Of a stretch of 64,000 nucleotides of DNA, positions 24,501 to 37,630 are shown in pieces; the first letter of the stretch is position 1, and every line of letters starts with the position of its first letter. The stretch spans positions 1,612,001-1,676,000 of the forward strand of contig NC_087436.1 of assembly GCF_036321535.1 (NCBI RefSeq). The letters run 5' to 3'. The notes beneath the pieces were generated by a model. The model searched no databases, was not told the origin of the DNA, and saw nothing but the letters and a program-made list of their open reading frames with translations. A program made the position numbers and the translations under genes. This DNA is from Camelus dromedarius. Taxonomy: Eukaryota.

Positions 24501-27500
24501 TACCTCCCCTTATATATGTATGGAGTGGAGTTAGCAACTGAAAATAAACTTTTTGTTCCCATCAAGCTAGGTGAAGGACGGCTTTCACACACACTTATCT
24601 CTCAGAAATGAGCATGTGGAGAGACATTCGTTCATCTAGCACAAAGGGTACGTGTTGCAGGTGAAAACTTTCTCTGGTTTCTCAGTCTGTTTCCTAGTGC
24701 CGGTTTGAAGTTCCTGCAGGTTTCACTGTAAAACCGAGTTGGAGCTAGTACCTCCCCATATATATGTATGGATTGGTGTTTGCAACTGAAAAGAAACATT
24801 GTGTACCCAACAAGCTAGTTGAAGGCGGCTTTCACACACACTTATCTGTCAGAACTGAGCATGTGGAGAGACGTTCGTTCATCTAGCACAAAGGGAACGG
24901 GTTGCAGGAGAAACTTTTACTCTGGTTTCTCAGTCTGTTCCCTAGTGCCGGTATGAACTTCCTTCAGGTTTACCTGTAAAACATATTTGGAACTGTACCT
25001 ACGCATATATATGTATGGAGTGGAATTTGCAACTGAAAATAAACTTTGTGTTCAGTACAAGCTAGTTTAAGGGAGGCAATCACACACACAAATCTCTCAG
25101 AACTGACCATGTGGAGAGACTTTCGTTCATCTAGCACAAAGGGAAAGGGTTGCAGGAGAAACTTTTACTGTGGTATCTCAGTGTGTTTCCTACTGCCGGT
25201 TTGAAGTTCCTGCAGATTTCACTGTAAAACCGAGTTGGAGCTCGTACCTCCCCATATATATGTATGGAGTGGAGTTTGAAACTGAAAAGAAACTTTGTGT
25301 TCCCAACAAGCTAGGTGAAGGCGGCTTTCACACACACTTATCTCTCAGAACTGAGCATGTGGAGAGACTTTGGTTCATCTAGCACAAAGGGAAATGGTTG
25401 CAGGAGAAACTTTTACTGTGGTATCTCAGTGTGTTTCCTACTGCCGGTTTGAAGTTCCTGCAGATTTCACTGTAAAACCGAGTTGGAGCTAGTACCTACC
25501 CATATATATGTATGGAGTGGAGTTTGCAAATGAAAAGAAACTTTGTGTTCCCAACAAGCTAGGTGAAGGCGGCTTTCACACACACTTATCTCTCAGAACT
25601 GAGCATGTGGAGAGACGTTCGTTCATCTAGCACAAAGGGAACGTGTTGCAAGAGAAACTTTTACTTTGGTTTCTCAGTCTGTTTCCTATTACCGGTTTGA
25701 ATTTCCTGCAGTTTTCACTGTAAAACCGATTTCTAGCTTGTACCACCCCATATATATTTATGGAGTGGATTTTGCAACTGAAAAGAAACTTTGTGTTCAG
25801 TACAAGACAGGTGAAGGACGGCTTTCACACACAATTATCTTTCAGAACTTAGCATGTGGAGAGACGTTCATTCATCTAGCAGAAAGGGAAAGGGTTGCAG
25901 GAGAAACTATTAATCTGGTTTCTCAGTCTGTTTCCTACTGCCGGTTTGAAGTTCCTGCAGTTTTCACTGTAAAACCGATTTGGAACTCGTACCTCCCCAT
26001 ATATATGTATGGACTGGAATTTGCAAGTGAAAAGAAACTTTGTGTTCCCAACAAGCTAGGTGAAAGATGGCTTTCACACACAATTATCTCTGAGAACTGA
26101 GCATGTGGAGAGACGTTCATTCATCTAACAGAAAGGGAAAGGGTTGCAGGAGAAACTTTTACTCTGGTTTCTCAGTCTATTTCCTACAGCCGGTTTGAAG
26201 TTCCTGCAGTTTTCACTGTAAAAGGGAGTTGAAGCTAGAACCTCCCCATATATATGTATGGAGTGGAGTTTGCAACTGAAAAGAAACTTTGTGTTCCCAA
26301 CTAGCTATTTGAAGGACGGCTTTCACACACACTTATCTCTCAGAACTGAGCATGTGGAGAGACGTTCGTTCATCTAGCACAAAGGGAACGGGTTGCAGGT
26401 GAAAAGTTTACTCTGGTTACTCAGACTGTTTCCTACTGCCGGTTTGAAGTTCCTGCAGTTTTCACTGTAAAACCGAGTTGGAGCTAGTACCTCCCCATAT
26501 ATATGTATGGAGTGTAGTTTGCAAGTGAAAAGAAACATTGTGATCCCAACAAGCTATGTGAAGTACGGCTTTCACACACAATTATCTCTCTGAACAGAGC
26601 ATGTGGAGAGACGTTTGTTCATCTAGCACAAAGGGAACGGGTTGCAGGAGAAACTTTTACTCTGGTTTCTTAGTCTGTTTCCTAGTACCTTTTTGAAGTT
26701 CCTGCAGTTTTCACTTTAAAACAGATTTGGAGCTAGTACCTCCCCATATATATGTATGGAGTGGAGTTTGCAACTGAAAAGAAACTTTGTGCTCCCAACA
26801 AGCTAGGTGAAGGACGGCTTTCACACACACTTATGTCTCAGAACTGAGCATGTGGAGAGACTTTCGTTCATCTAGCACAAAGGAACGGGTTGCAGTAGAA
26901 ACTTTTACTCTGGTTTCTCAGTCTGTTTCCTAGTGCCGGTTTGAAGTTCCTGCAGTTTTCACTGTAAAAGCGAGTTGGAGCTCGTACCTCCCCATATATA
27001 TGTATGGAGTGGAGTTTGAAAGTGAAAAGAAACTATGTGTTCCCAACAAGCTAGGTGAAGGATGGCTTTCAAACACACTTATCTCTGAGAACTGAGCATG
27101 TGGAGAGACGTTCGTTCATCTAGCACAAAGGGAATTGTTTGAAGGAGAAACTTTTACTCTGGTTTCTCTGTCTGTTTCCTACTGCCGGTTTGAAGTTCCT
27201 GCAGTTTTCACTGTAAAACTGAGTTGAAGCTAGAACCTAACCATATATATGTATGGAGTGGAGTTTGCAACTGAAAAGAAACTTTGTGTTCACAACAAGC
27301 TAGGTGAAGGACGGCTTTCACACACACTTATCTCTCAGAACTGAGCATGTGGAGAGACGTTCGTTCATCTAGCACAAAGGGAACGAGTTGCAGGTGAAAA
27401 TTTTACTCTGGTTTCTCAGACTGTTTCCTACTGCCGGTTTGAAGTTCCTGCAGTTTTCACTGTAAAACCGAGTTGGAGCTAGTACCTCCCCATATATATG

Positions 27501-30500
27501 TATGGAGTGGGGTTTGCAACTGAAAAGAATCTTTGTTTTCCCAACAAGATAGCTGAAGTCGGCGTTCACACACACTTATCTCTCAGAACAGAGCAAGTGG
27601 AGAGACGTTTGTTCATCTAGCACAAAGGGAACGTGTTGCAGGAGAATCTTTTACTCTAGTTTCTTAGTCGGTTTCCTAGTACCGGTTTGAAGTTACTACA
27701 GATTTCACTGTAAAAACGAGTTGGAGCTAGTACCTCCCCATATATATGTATGGATTATAGTTTGCAACTGAAAAGAAACTTTGTGTTCCCAACAAGCTAG
27801 TTGAAGGACGGCTTTCTCACACACTTATCTCTCAGAACTGAGCATGTGGAGAGACGTTCGTTCATCTAGCACAAAGGGAACGGGTTGCAGGAGAAACTTT
27901 TACTCTGGTTTCTCAGTCAGTTCCCTACTGCCGGTTTGAAGTTCCTGCAGTTTTCACTGTAAAACCAAGTTGGTGCTAGTACCTCCCCATATATATGTAA
28001 GGAGTGGAGTTTGCAACTGAAAAGAAACTTTGTGTTCCCAACAAGCTAGGTGAAGGCGGCTTTCACACACACTTATCTCTCAGAACTGAGCATGTGGAGA
28101 GACGTTCGTTCATCTAGCACAATGGGAACATGTTGCAGGAGAAACTTTTACTCTGTTTTCTCAGTCTGTTTCCTAGTACCGGTTTGAAGTTCCTGCAGTT
28201 TTCACTTTAAAACAGATTTGGAGCTAGTACCTCCCCATATATATGTATGGAGTGGAATTTGCAACTGAAAAGAATCTTTGTGTTAAGTACAAGCTAGGTT
28301 AAGGACGGCTTTCACACACACTTATCTCTCAGAACTGAGCATATGGAGAGACGTTCGTTCATCTAGCACAAAGGGAACGGGTTGCAGGTGAAAATTTTAC
28401 TCTGGTTACTCAGACTGTTTCCTACTGCCGGTTTGAAGTTCCTGCAGTTTTCACTGTAAAAGCGAGTTGGAGCTCGTACCTCCCCATATATATGTATGGA
28501 GTGGAGTTTGAAAGTGTAAAGAAACTTTGTGTTCCCAACAAGCTAGGTGAAGGATGGCTTTCAAACACACTTATCTCTGAGAACTGAGCATGTGGAGAGA
28601 CGTTCGTTCATCTAGCACAAAGGGAATTGTTTGAAGGAGAAACTTTTACTCTGGTTTCTCTGTCTGTTTCCTACTGCCGGTTTGAAGTTCCTGCAGTTTT
28701 CACTGTAAAACTGAGTTGAAGCTAGAACCTAACCATATATATGTATGGAGTGGAGTTTGCAACTGAAAAGAAACTTTGTGTTCCCAACAAGCTAGGTGTA
28801 GGACGGCTTTCACACACACTTATCTCTCAGAACTGAGCATGTGGAGAGACGTTCGTTCATCTAGCACAAAGGGAACGGGTTGCAGGTGAAAATTTTACTC
28901 TGGTTTCTCAGACTGTTTCCTACTGCCGGTTTGAAGTTCCTGCAGTTTTCACTGTAAAACCGATTTGGGGCTAGTACCTCCCCATATATATGTATGGAGT
29001 GGGGTTTGCAACTGAAAAGAATCTTTGTTTTCCCAACAAGATAGCTGAAGTCGGCGTTCACACACACTTATCTCTCAGAACAGAGCAAGTGGAGAGACGT
29101 TTGTTCATCTAGCACAAAGGGAACGTGTTGCAGGAGAAACTTTTACTCTAGTTTCTTAGTCGGTTTCCTAGTACCGGTTTGAAGTTACTACAGATTTCAC
29201 TGTAAAAACGAGTTGGGGCTAGTACCTCCCCATATATATGTATGGATTATAGTTTGCAACTGAAAAGAAACTTTGTGTTCCCAACAAGCTAGTTGAAGGA
29301 CGGATTTCACACACACTTATCTCTCAGAACTGAGCATGTGGAGAGACGTTCGTTCATCTAGCACAAAGGGAATGGTTTGCAGGTGAAAATTTTACTATGG
29401 TTTCTCAGTCTTTTTCCTAGTGCCGGTTTGAACTTCCTGCAGTTTTCACTGTAAAACAGATTTGGAGCTAGTACATCCCCATATATATATATTGAATGGA
29501 ATTTGCATCTGAAAAGAATCTTTGTGTTCAGTACAAGCTAGGTTAAGGACGGCTTTCACACACGCTTATCTCTCAGACCTGAGCATGTGGAGAGACTTTC
29601 GTTCATCTAGCACAAAGGGAACGGGTTGCAGGAGAAACTTTTACTCTGGTTTCTCAGTCTGTTTCCTACTGCCGGTTTGAAGTTCCTGCAGTTTTCAATG
29701 TAAGACCGAGTTGGAGCTCGTACCACCCCATATATATGTATGGAGTGGAGTTTGCAAGTGAAAACAAACATTGTGATCCCAACAAGCTATGTGAAGTACG
29801 GCTTTCACACACACTTATCTCTCAGAACTGAGCATGTGGAGAGACGTTCGTTCATCTAGCACAAAGGGAAAGGTTTGCAGGAGAAACTTTTACTCAGGTT
29901 TCTCAGTCTGTTTCCTAGTGCCGGTTTGAGGTTCTTGCAGGTTTCACTGTAAAACCGAGTTTGAGCTAGTACCTCCCCATATATATGTATGGAGTGGGGT
30001 TTGCAACTGAAAAGAATCTTTGTGTTCCCAACAAGATAGCTGAAGGCGGCTTTGACACACACTTATCTCTCAGAACAGAGCATGTGGAGAGACGTTTGTT
30101 CATCTAGCACAAAGGGAACGGGTTGCAGGAGAATCTTTTACTCTGGTTTCTTAGTCTGTTTCCTAGTACCGGTTTGAAGTTACTACAGATTTCACTGTAA
30201 AAACGAGTTGGTGCTAGTACCTCCCCATATATATGTATGGATTGGAGTTTGCAACTGAAAAGAAACTTTGTGTTCCCAACAAGCTAGGTTAAGGACGGAT
30301 TTCACACACACTTATCTCTCAGAACTGAGCATGTGGAGAGACGTTCGTTCATCTAGCACAAAGGAATGGGTTGCAGGAGAAAATTTTACTCTGGTTTCTC
30401 ATTCTGTTTCCTAGTGCCGGGTTGAAATTCCTGCAGTTTTCACTGTAAAACAGATTTGGAGCTAGTACCTCCCCATATATATGTATTGATTGGAATTTGC

Positions 30501-33500
30501 ATCTGAAAAGAATCTTTGTATTCAGTACAAGCTAGGTTAAGGAAGGCTTTCACACACACTTATCTCTCAGAACTGAGCATGTGGAGAGACGTTCGTTCAT
30601 CTACCACAGAGGGAACGGGTTGCAGGAGAAACTTTTACTCTGGTTTCTCAGTCTGTTTCCTACTGCCGGTTTGAAGTTCCTGCAGTTTTCACTGTAAAAC
30701 CAAGTTGGTGCTAGTACCTCCCCATATATATGTATGGAGTGGAGTTTGCAACTGAAAAGAAACTTTGTGTTCCCAACAAGCTAGGTGAAGGCGGCTTTCA
30801 CACACACTTATCTCTCAGAACTGAGCATGTGGAGAGACGTTCGTTCATCTAGCACAATGGGAACATGTTGCAGGAGAAACTTTTACTCTGTATTCTCAGT
30901 CTGTTTCCTAGTACCGGTTTGAAGTTCCTGCAGTTTTCACTTTAAAACAGATTTGGAGCTAGTACCTCCCCATATATATGTATGGAGTGGAATTTGCAAC
31001 TGAAAAGAATCTTTGTGTTAAGTACAAGCTAGGTTAAGGACGGCTTTCACACACACTTATCTCTCAGAACTGAGCATGTGGAGAGACGTTCGTTCATCTA
31101 GCACAAAGGGAACGGGTTGCACGTGAAAATTTTACTCTGGTTACTCAGACTGTTTCCTACTGCCGGTTTGAAGTTACTGCAGTTTTCACTGTAAAACCGA
31201 GTTGGAGCTAGTACCTCCCCATATATATGTATGGAGTGTAGTTTGCAAGTGAAAAGAAACATTGTGATCCCAACAAGCTATGTGAAGTACGGCTTTCACA
31301 CACAATTATCTCTCAAAACAGAGCATGTGGAGAGACGTTTGTTCATCTAGCACAAAGGGAACGGGTTGCAGGAGAAACTTTTACTCTGGTTTCTTAGTCT
31401 GTTTCCTAGTACCTTTTTGAAGTTACTGCAGATTTCACTGTAAAAACGAGTTGGAGCTAGTACCTCCCCATATATATGTATTGATTGGAGTTTGCAAATG
31501 AAAAGAATCTTTGTGTTCCCAACAAGCTAGGTGAAGGACGGATTTCACACAAACTTATCTCTCAGAACTGAGCATGTGGAGAGACTTTCGTTCATCTAGC
31601 TCAAAGGAACGGGTTGCAGTAGAAACTTTTACTCTGGTTTCTCAGTCTGTTTCCTAGTGCCGGTTTGAAGTTCCTGCAGTTTTCACTGTAAAAGCGAGTT
31701 GGAGCTCGTACCTCCCCATATATATGTATGGAGTGGAGTTTGAAAGTGAAAAGAAACTTTGTGTTCCCAACAAGCTAGGTGAAGGATGGCTTTCAAACAC
31801 ACTTATCTCTGAGAACTGAGCATGTGGAGAGACGTTCGTTCATCTAGCACAAAGGGAATTGTTTGAAGGAGAAACTTTTACTCTGGTTTCTCTGTCTGTT
31901 TCCTACTGCCGGTTTGAAATTCCTGCAGTTTTCACTGTAAAACAGATTTGGAGCTAGTACCTCCCCATATATATATATTGAATGGTATTTGCATCTGAAA
32001 AGAATCTTTGTGTTCAGTACAAGCTAGGTTAAAGACGGCTTTCACACACGCTTATCTCTCAGAACTGAGCATGTGGAGAGACTTTCGTTCATCTAGCACA
32101 AAGGGAACGGGTTGCAGGAGAAACTTTTACTCTGGTTTCTCAGTCTGTTTCCTACTGCCGGTTTGAAGTTCCTGCAGTTTTCAATGTAAAACCGAGTTGG
32201 AGCTCGTACCTCCCCATATATATGTATGGAGTGGAGTTTGCAAGTGAAAACAAACATTGTGATCCCAACAAGCTATGTGAAGTACGGCTTTCACACACAC
32301 TTATCTCTCAGAACTGAGCATGTGGAGAGACGTTCGTTCATCTAGCACAAAGGGAAAGTTTTGCAGGAGAAACTTTTACTCAGGTTTCTCAGTCTGTTTC
32401 CTAGTGCCGGTTTGAGGTTCTTGCAGGTTTCACTGTAAAACCGAGTTTGAGCTAGTACCTACCCATATATATGTATGGAGTGGGGTTTGCAACTGAAAAG
32501 AATCTTTGTGTTCCCAACAAGCTAGCTGAAGGCGGCTTTGACACACACTTATCTCTCAGAACAGAGCATGTGGAGAGACGTTTGTTCATCTAGCACAAAA
32601 GGAACGGGTTGCAGGAGAAACTTTTACTCTGGTTTCTTAGTCTGTTTCCTAGTACCGGTTTGAAGTTACTACAGATTTCACTGTAAAAACGAGTTGGAGC
32701 TAGTACCTCCCCATATATATGTATGGATTGGAGTTTGCAACTGAAAAGAAACTTTGTGTTCCCAACAAGCTAGGTGAAGGACGGATTTCACACACACTTA
32801 TCTCTCAGAACTGAGCATGTAGAGAGACGTTCGTTCATCTAGCACAAAGGGAATGGGTTGCAGGAGAAAATTTTACTCTGGTTTCTCATTCTGTTTCCTA
32901 GTGCCGGGTTGAACTTCCTGCAGTTTTCACTGTAAAACAGATTTGGAGATAGTACCTCCCCATATATATGTATTGATTGGAATTTGCATCTGAAAAGAAT
33001 CTTTGTGTTCAGTACAAGTTACGTTAAGGAAGGCTTTCACACACACTTATCTCTCAGAACTGAGCATGTGGAGAGAATTTCGTTCATCTAGCACAAAGGG
33101 AACAGGTTGCAGGAGAAACATTTACTCTGGTTTCTCAGTCTGTTTCCTACTGACGGTTTGAAGTTCCTGCAGTTTTCACTGTAAAACCGAGTTGGAGCTC
33201 GTACCACCCCATATATATGTATGGAGTTGAGTTTGAAAGTGAAAAGAAACTTTGTGTTCCCAACAAGCTAGGTGAAGGATGGCTTTCAAACACACTTATC
33301 TCTGAGAAATCAGCATGTGGAGAGACGTTCGTTGATTTAGCACAAAGGGAACTGGTTGAAGGAAACTTTACTCTGGTTTCTCTGTCTGTTTCCTACTGCC
33401 GGTTTGAAGTTCCTGCAGTTTTTACTGTAAAACTGAGTTGAAGCTAGAACCTCCCCATATATATGTATGGAGTGGAGTTGCAACTGAAAAGAAACTTTGT

Positions 33501-33589
33501 GTTCCCAACAAGCTAGGTGAAGGACGGCTTTCACACACACTTATCTCTCAGAACTGAGCATGTGGAGAGACTTTCGTTCATCTAGCACA
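18501..33589. repeat. Large tandem duplication, copy 2 (~61 monomers, one monomer more than copy 1)
   Basis: Colinear with copy 1. The offset changes from 14,911 to 15,160 after ~29.7 kb (14696/29856, 18057/33217). Similarity to the end of copy 1 stops at 33590 (CACAG vs CACAA). Confidence 0.93.
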
Positions 33590-36500
33590 GAGGGAACGGG
33601 TTGCAGGAGAAACTTTTACTCTGGTTTCTCAGTCTGTTTCCTACTGCCGGTTTGAAGTTCCTGCAGTTTTCACTGTAAAACCAAGTTGGTGCTAGTACCT
33701 CCCCATATATATGTATGGAGTGGAGTTTGCAACTGAAAAGAAACTTTGTGTTCCCAACAAGCTAGGTGAAGGCGGCTTTCACACACACTTATCTCTCAGA
33801 ACTGAGCATGTGGAGAGACGTTCGTTCATCTAGCACAATGGGAACATGTTGCAGGAGAAACTTTTACTCTGTTTTCTCACTCTGTTTCCTAGTACCGGTT
33901 TGAAGTTCCTGCAGTTTTCACTTTAAAACAGATTTGGAGCTAGTACCTCCCCATATATATGTATGGAGTGGAATTTGCAACTGAAAAGAATCTTTGTGTT
34001 AAGTACAAGCTAGGTTAAGGACGGCTTTCACACACACTTATCTCTCAGAACTGAGCATGTGGAGAGACGTTCGGTCATCTAGCACAAAGGGAACGGGTTG
34101 CAGGTGAAAATTTTACTCTGGTTACTCAGACTGTTTCCTACTGCCGGTTTGAAGTTCCTGCAGTTTTCACTGTAAAACCGAGTTCGAGCTAGTACCTCCC
34201 CATATATATGTATGGAGTGTAGTTTGCAAGTGAAAAGAAACATTGTGATCCCAACAAGCTATGTGAAGTACGGCTTTCACACACAATTATCTCTCAGAAC
34301 AGAGCATGTGGATAGACGTTTGTTCATCTAGCACAAAGGGAACGGGTTGCAGGAGAAACTTTTACTCTGGTTTCTTAGTCTGTTTCCTAGTACCTTTTTG
34401 AAGTTACTGCAGATTTCACTGTAAAAACGAGTTGGAGCTAGTACATCCCCATATATATGTATCGATTGGAGTTTGCAAATGAAAAGAATCTTTGTGTTCC
34501 CAACAAGCTAGGTGAAGGACGGATTTCACTCACAATTATCTCTCAGAACTGAGCATGTGGAGAGACTTTCGTTCATCTAGCTCAAAGGAACGGGTTGCCG
34601 TAGAAACTTTTACTCTGGTTTCTCAGTCTGTTTCCTAGTGCCGGTTTGAAGTTCCTGCAGTTTTCACTGTAAAAGCGAGTTGGAACTCGTACCTCCCCAT
34701 ATATATGTATGGAGTGGAGTTTGAAAGTGAAAAGAAACTTTGTGTTCCCAACAAGCTAGGTGAAGGATGGCTTTCAAACACACTTATCTCTGAGAACTGA
34801 GCATGTGGAGAGACGTTCGTTCATCTAGCACAAAGGGAATTGTTTGAAGGAGAAACTTTTACTCTGGTTTATCTGTCTGTTTCCTACTGCCGGTTTGAAG
34901 TTCCAGCAGTTTTCACTGTAAAACAGATTTGGAGCTAGTACCTCCCCATATATATATATTGAATGGAATTTGCATCTGAAAAGAATCTTTGTGTTCAGTA
35001 CAAGCTAGGTTAAAGACGGCTTTCACACACGCTTATCTCTCAGAACTGAGCATGTGGAGAGACTTTCGTTCATCTAGCACAAAGGGAACGGGTTGCAGGA
35101 TAAATTTTACTCTGGTTTCTCAGTCTGTTTCCTACTGCCGGTTTGAAGTTCCTGCAGTTTTCAATGTAAAACCGAGTTGGAGCTCGTACCTCCCCATATA
35201 TATGTATGGAGTGTAGTTTGCAAGTGAAAACAAACATTGTGATCCCAACAAGCTATGTGAAGTACGGCTTTCACACACACTTATCTCTCAGAACTAAGCA
35301 TGTGGAGAGACGTTCGTTCATCTAGCACAAAGGGAAAGGTTTGCAGGAGAAACTTTTAGTCAGGTTTCTCAGTCTGTTTCCTAGTGCCGGTTTGAGGTTC
35401 TTGCAGGTTTCACTGTAAAACCGAGTTTGAGCTAGTACCTACCCATATATATGTATGGAGTGGGGTTTGCAACTGAAAAGAATCTTTGTGTTCCCAACAA
35501 GCTAGCTGAAGGCGGCTTTGACACACACTTATCTCTCAGAACAGAGCATGTGGAGAGACGTTTGTTCATCTAGCACAAAGGGAACGGGTTGCAGGAGAAA
35601 CTTTTACTCTGGTTTCTTAGTCTGTTTCCTAGTACCGGTTTGAAGTTACTACAGATTTCACTGTAAAAACGAGTTGGAGCTAGTACCTCCCCATATATAT
35701 GTATGGATTGGAGTTTGCAACTGAAAAGAAACTTTGTGTTCCCAACAAGCTAGGTGAAGGACGGATTTCACACACACTTATCTCTCAGAACTGAGCATGT
35801 AGAGAGACGTTCGTTCATCTAGCACAAAGGGAATGGGTTGCAGGAGAAAATTTTACTCTGGTTTCTCATTCTGTTTCCTAGTGCCGGGTTGAACTTCCTG
35901 CAGTTTTCACTGTAAAACAGATTTGGAGCTAGTACCTCCCCATATATATGTATTGATTGGAATTTGCATCTGAAAAGAATCTTTGTGTTCAGTACAAGTT
36001 AGGTTAAGGAAGGCTTTCACACACACTTATCTCTCAGAACTGAGCATGTGGAGAGACTTTCGTTCATCTAGCACAAAGGGAACGGGTTGCAGGATAAATT
36101 TTACTCTGGTTTCTCAGTCTGTTTCCTACTGCCGGTTTGAAGTTCCTGCAGTTTTCAATGTAAAACCGAGTTGGAGCTCGTACCTCCCCATATATATGTA
36201 TGGAGTGGAGTTTGCAAGTGAAAACAAACATTGTGATCCCAACAAGCTATGTGAAGTACGGCTTTCACACACACTTATCTCTCAGAACTAAGCATGTGGA
36301 GAGACGTTCGTTCATCTAGCACAAAGGGAAAGGTTTGCAGGAGAAACTTTTACTCAGGTTTCTCAGTCTGTTTCCTAGTGCCGGTTTGAGGTTCTTGCAG
36401 GTTTCACTGTAAAACCGAGTTTGAGCTAGTACCTACCCATATATATGTATGGAGTGGGGTTTGCAACTGAAAAGAATCTTTGTGTTCCCAACAAGCTAGC

Positions 36501-37630
36501 TGAAGGCGGCTTTGACACACACTTATCTCTCAGAACAGAGCATGTGGAGAGACGTTTGTTCATCTAGCACAAAGGGAACGGGTTGCAGGAGAAACTTTTA
36601 CTCTGGTTTCTTAGTCTGTTTCCTAGTACCGGTTTGAAGTTACTACAGATTTCACTGTAAAAACGAGTTGGAGCTAGTACCTCCCCATATATATGTATGG
36701 ATTGGAGTTTGCAACTGAAAAGAAACTTTGTGTTCCCAACAAGCTAGGTGAAGGACGGATTTCACACACACTTATCTCTCAGAACTGAGCATGTAGAGAG
36801 ACGTTCGTTCATCTAGCACAAAGGGAATGGGTTGCAGGAGAAAATTTTACTCTGGTTTCTCATTCTGTTTCCTAGTGCCGGGTTGAACTTCCTGCAGTTT
36901 TCACTGTAAAACAGATTTGGAGCTAGTACCTCCCCATATATATGTATTGATTGGAATTTGCATCTGAAAAGAATCTTTGTGTTCAGTACAAGTTAGGTTA
37001 AGGAAGGCTTTCACACACACTTATCTCTCAGAACTGAGCATGTGGAGAGACTTTCGTTCATCTAGCACAAAGGGAACAGGTTGCAGGAGAAACATTTACT
37101 CTGGTTTCTCAGTCTGTTTCCTACTGCCGGTTTGAAGTTCCTGCAGTTTTCACTGTAAAACCGAGTTGGAGCTCGTACCACCCCATATATATGTATGGAG
37201 TGGAGTTTGAAAGTGAAAAGAAACTTTGTGTTCCCAACAAGCTAGGTGAAGGATGGCTTTCAAACACACTTATCTCTGAGAAATCAGCATGTGGAGAGAC
37301 GTTCGTTGATTTAGCACAAAGGGAACTGGTTGAAGGGAAACTTTTACTCTGGTTTCTCTGTCTGTTTCCTACTGCCGGTTTGAAGTTCCTGCAGTTTTTA
37401 CTGTAAAACTGAGTTGAAGCTAGAACCTCCCCATATATATGTATGGAGTGGAGTTGCAACTGAAAAGAAACTTTGTGTTCCCAACAAGCTAGGTGAAGGA
37501 CGGCTTTCACACACACTTATCTCTCAGAACAGAGCATGTGGAGAGACATTCGTTCATCTAGCACAAAGGGAACGGGTTGCAAGTGAAAATTTTACTCTGG
37601 TTTCTCAGACTGTTTCCTACTGCCGGTTTG
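33590..37630. repeat. Tandem repeat of the last 12 monomers of the large unit (30609-33589), containing an extra 4-monomer duplication
   Basis: The monomer order CCAAGTTGGTG / CAATGGGAACATG / GGTTACTCAGAC / TACCTTTTTG / CTAGCTCAAAGG restarts at +2,981. ORF offset 33217/37191 = 3,974 (16 monomers). Confidence 0.88.
35033..37077. repeat. 4-monomer tandem duplication (period 994 bp)
   Basis: Private variants AGGATAAATTTTAC and GAACTAAGCA each appear twice, 994 bp apart. ORFs 34989/35983 show the same offset. Confidence 0.9.
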
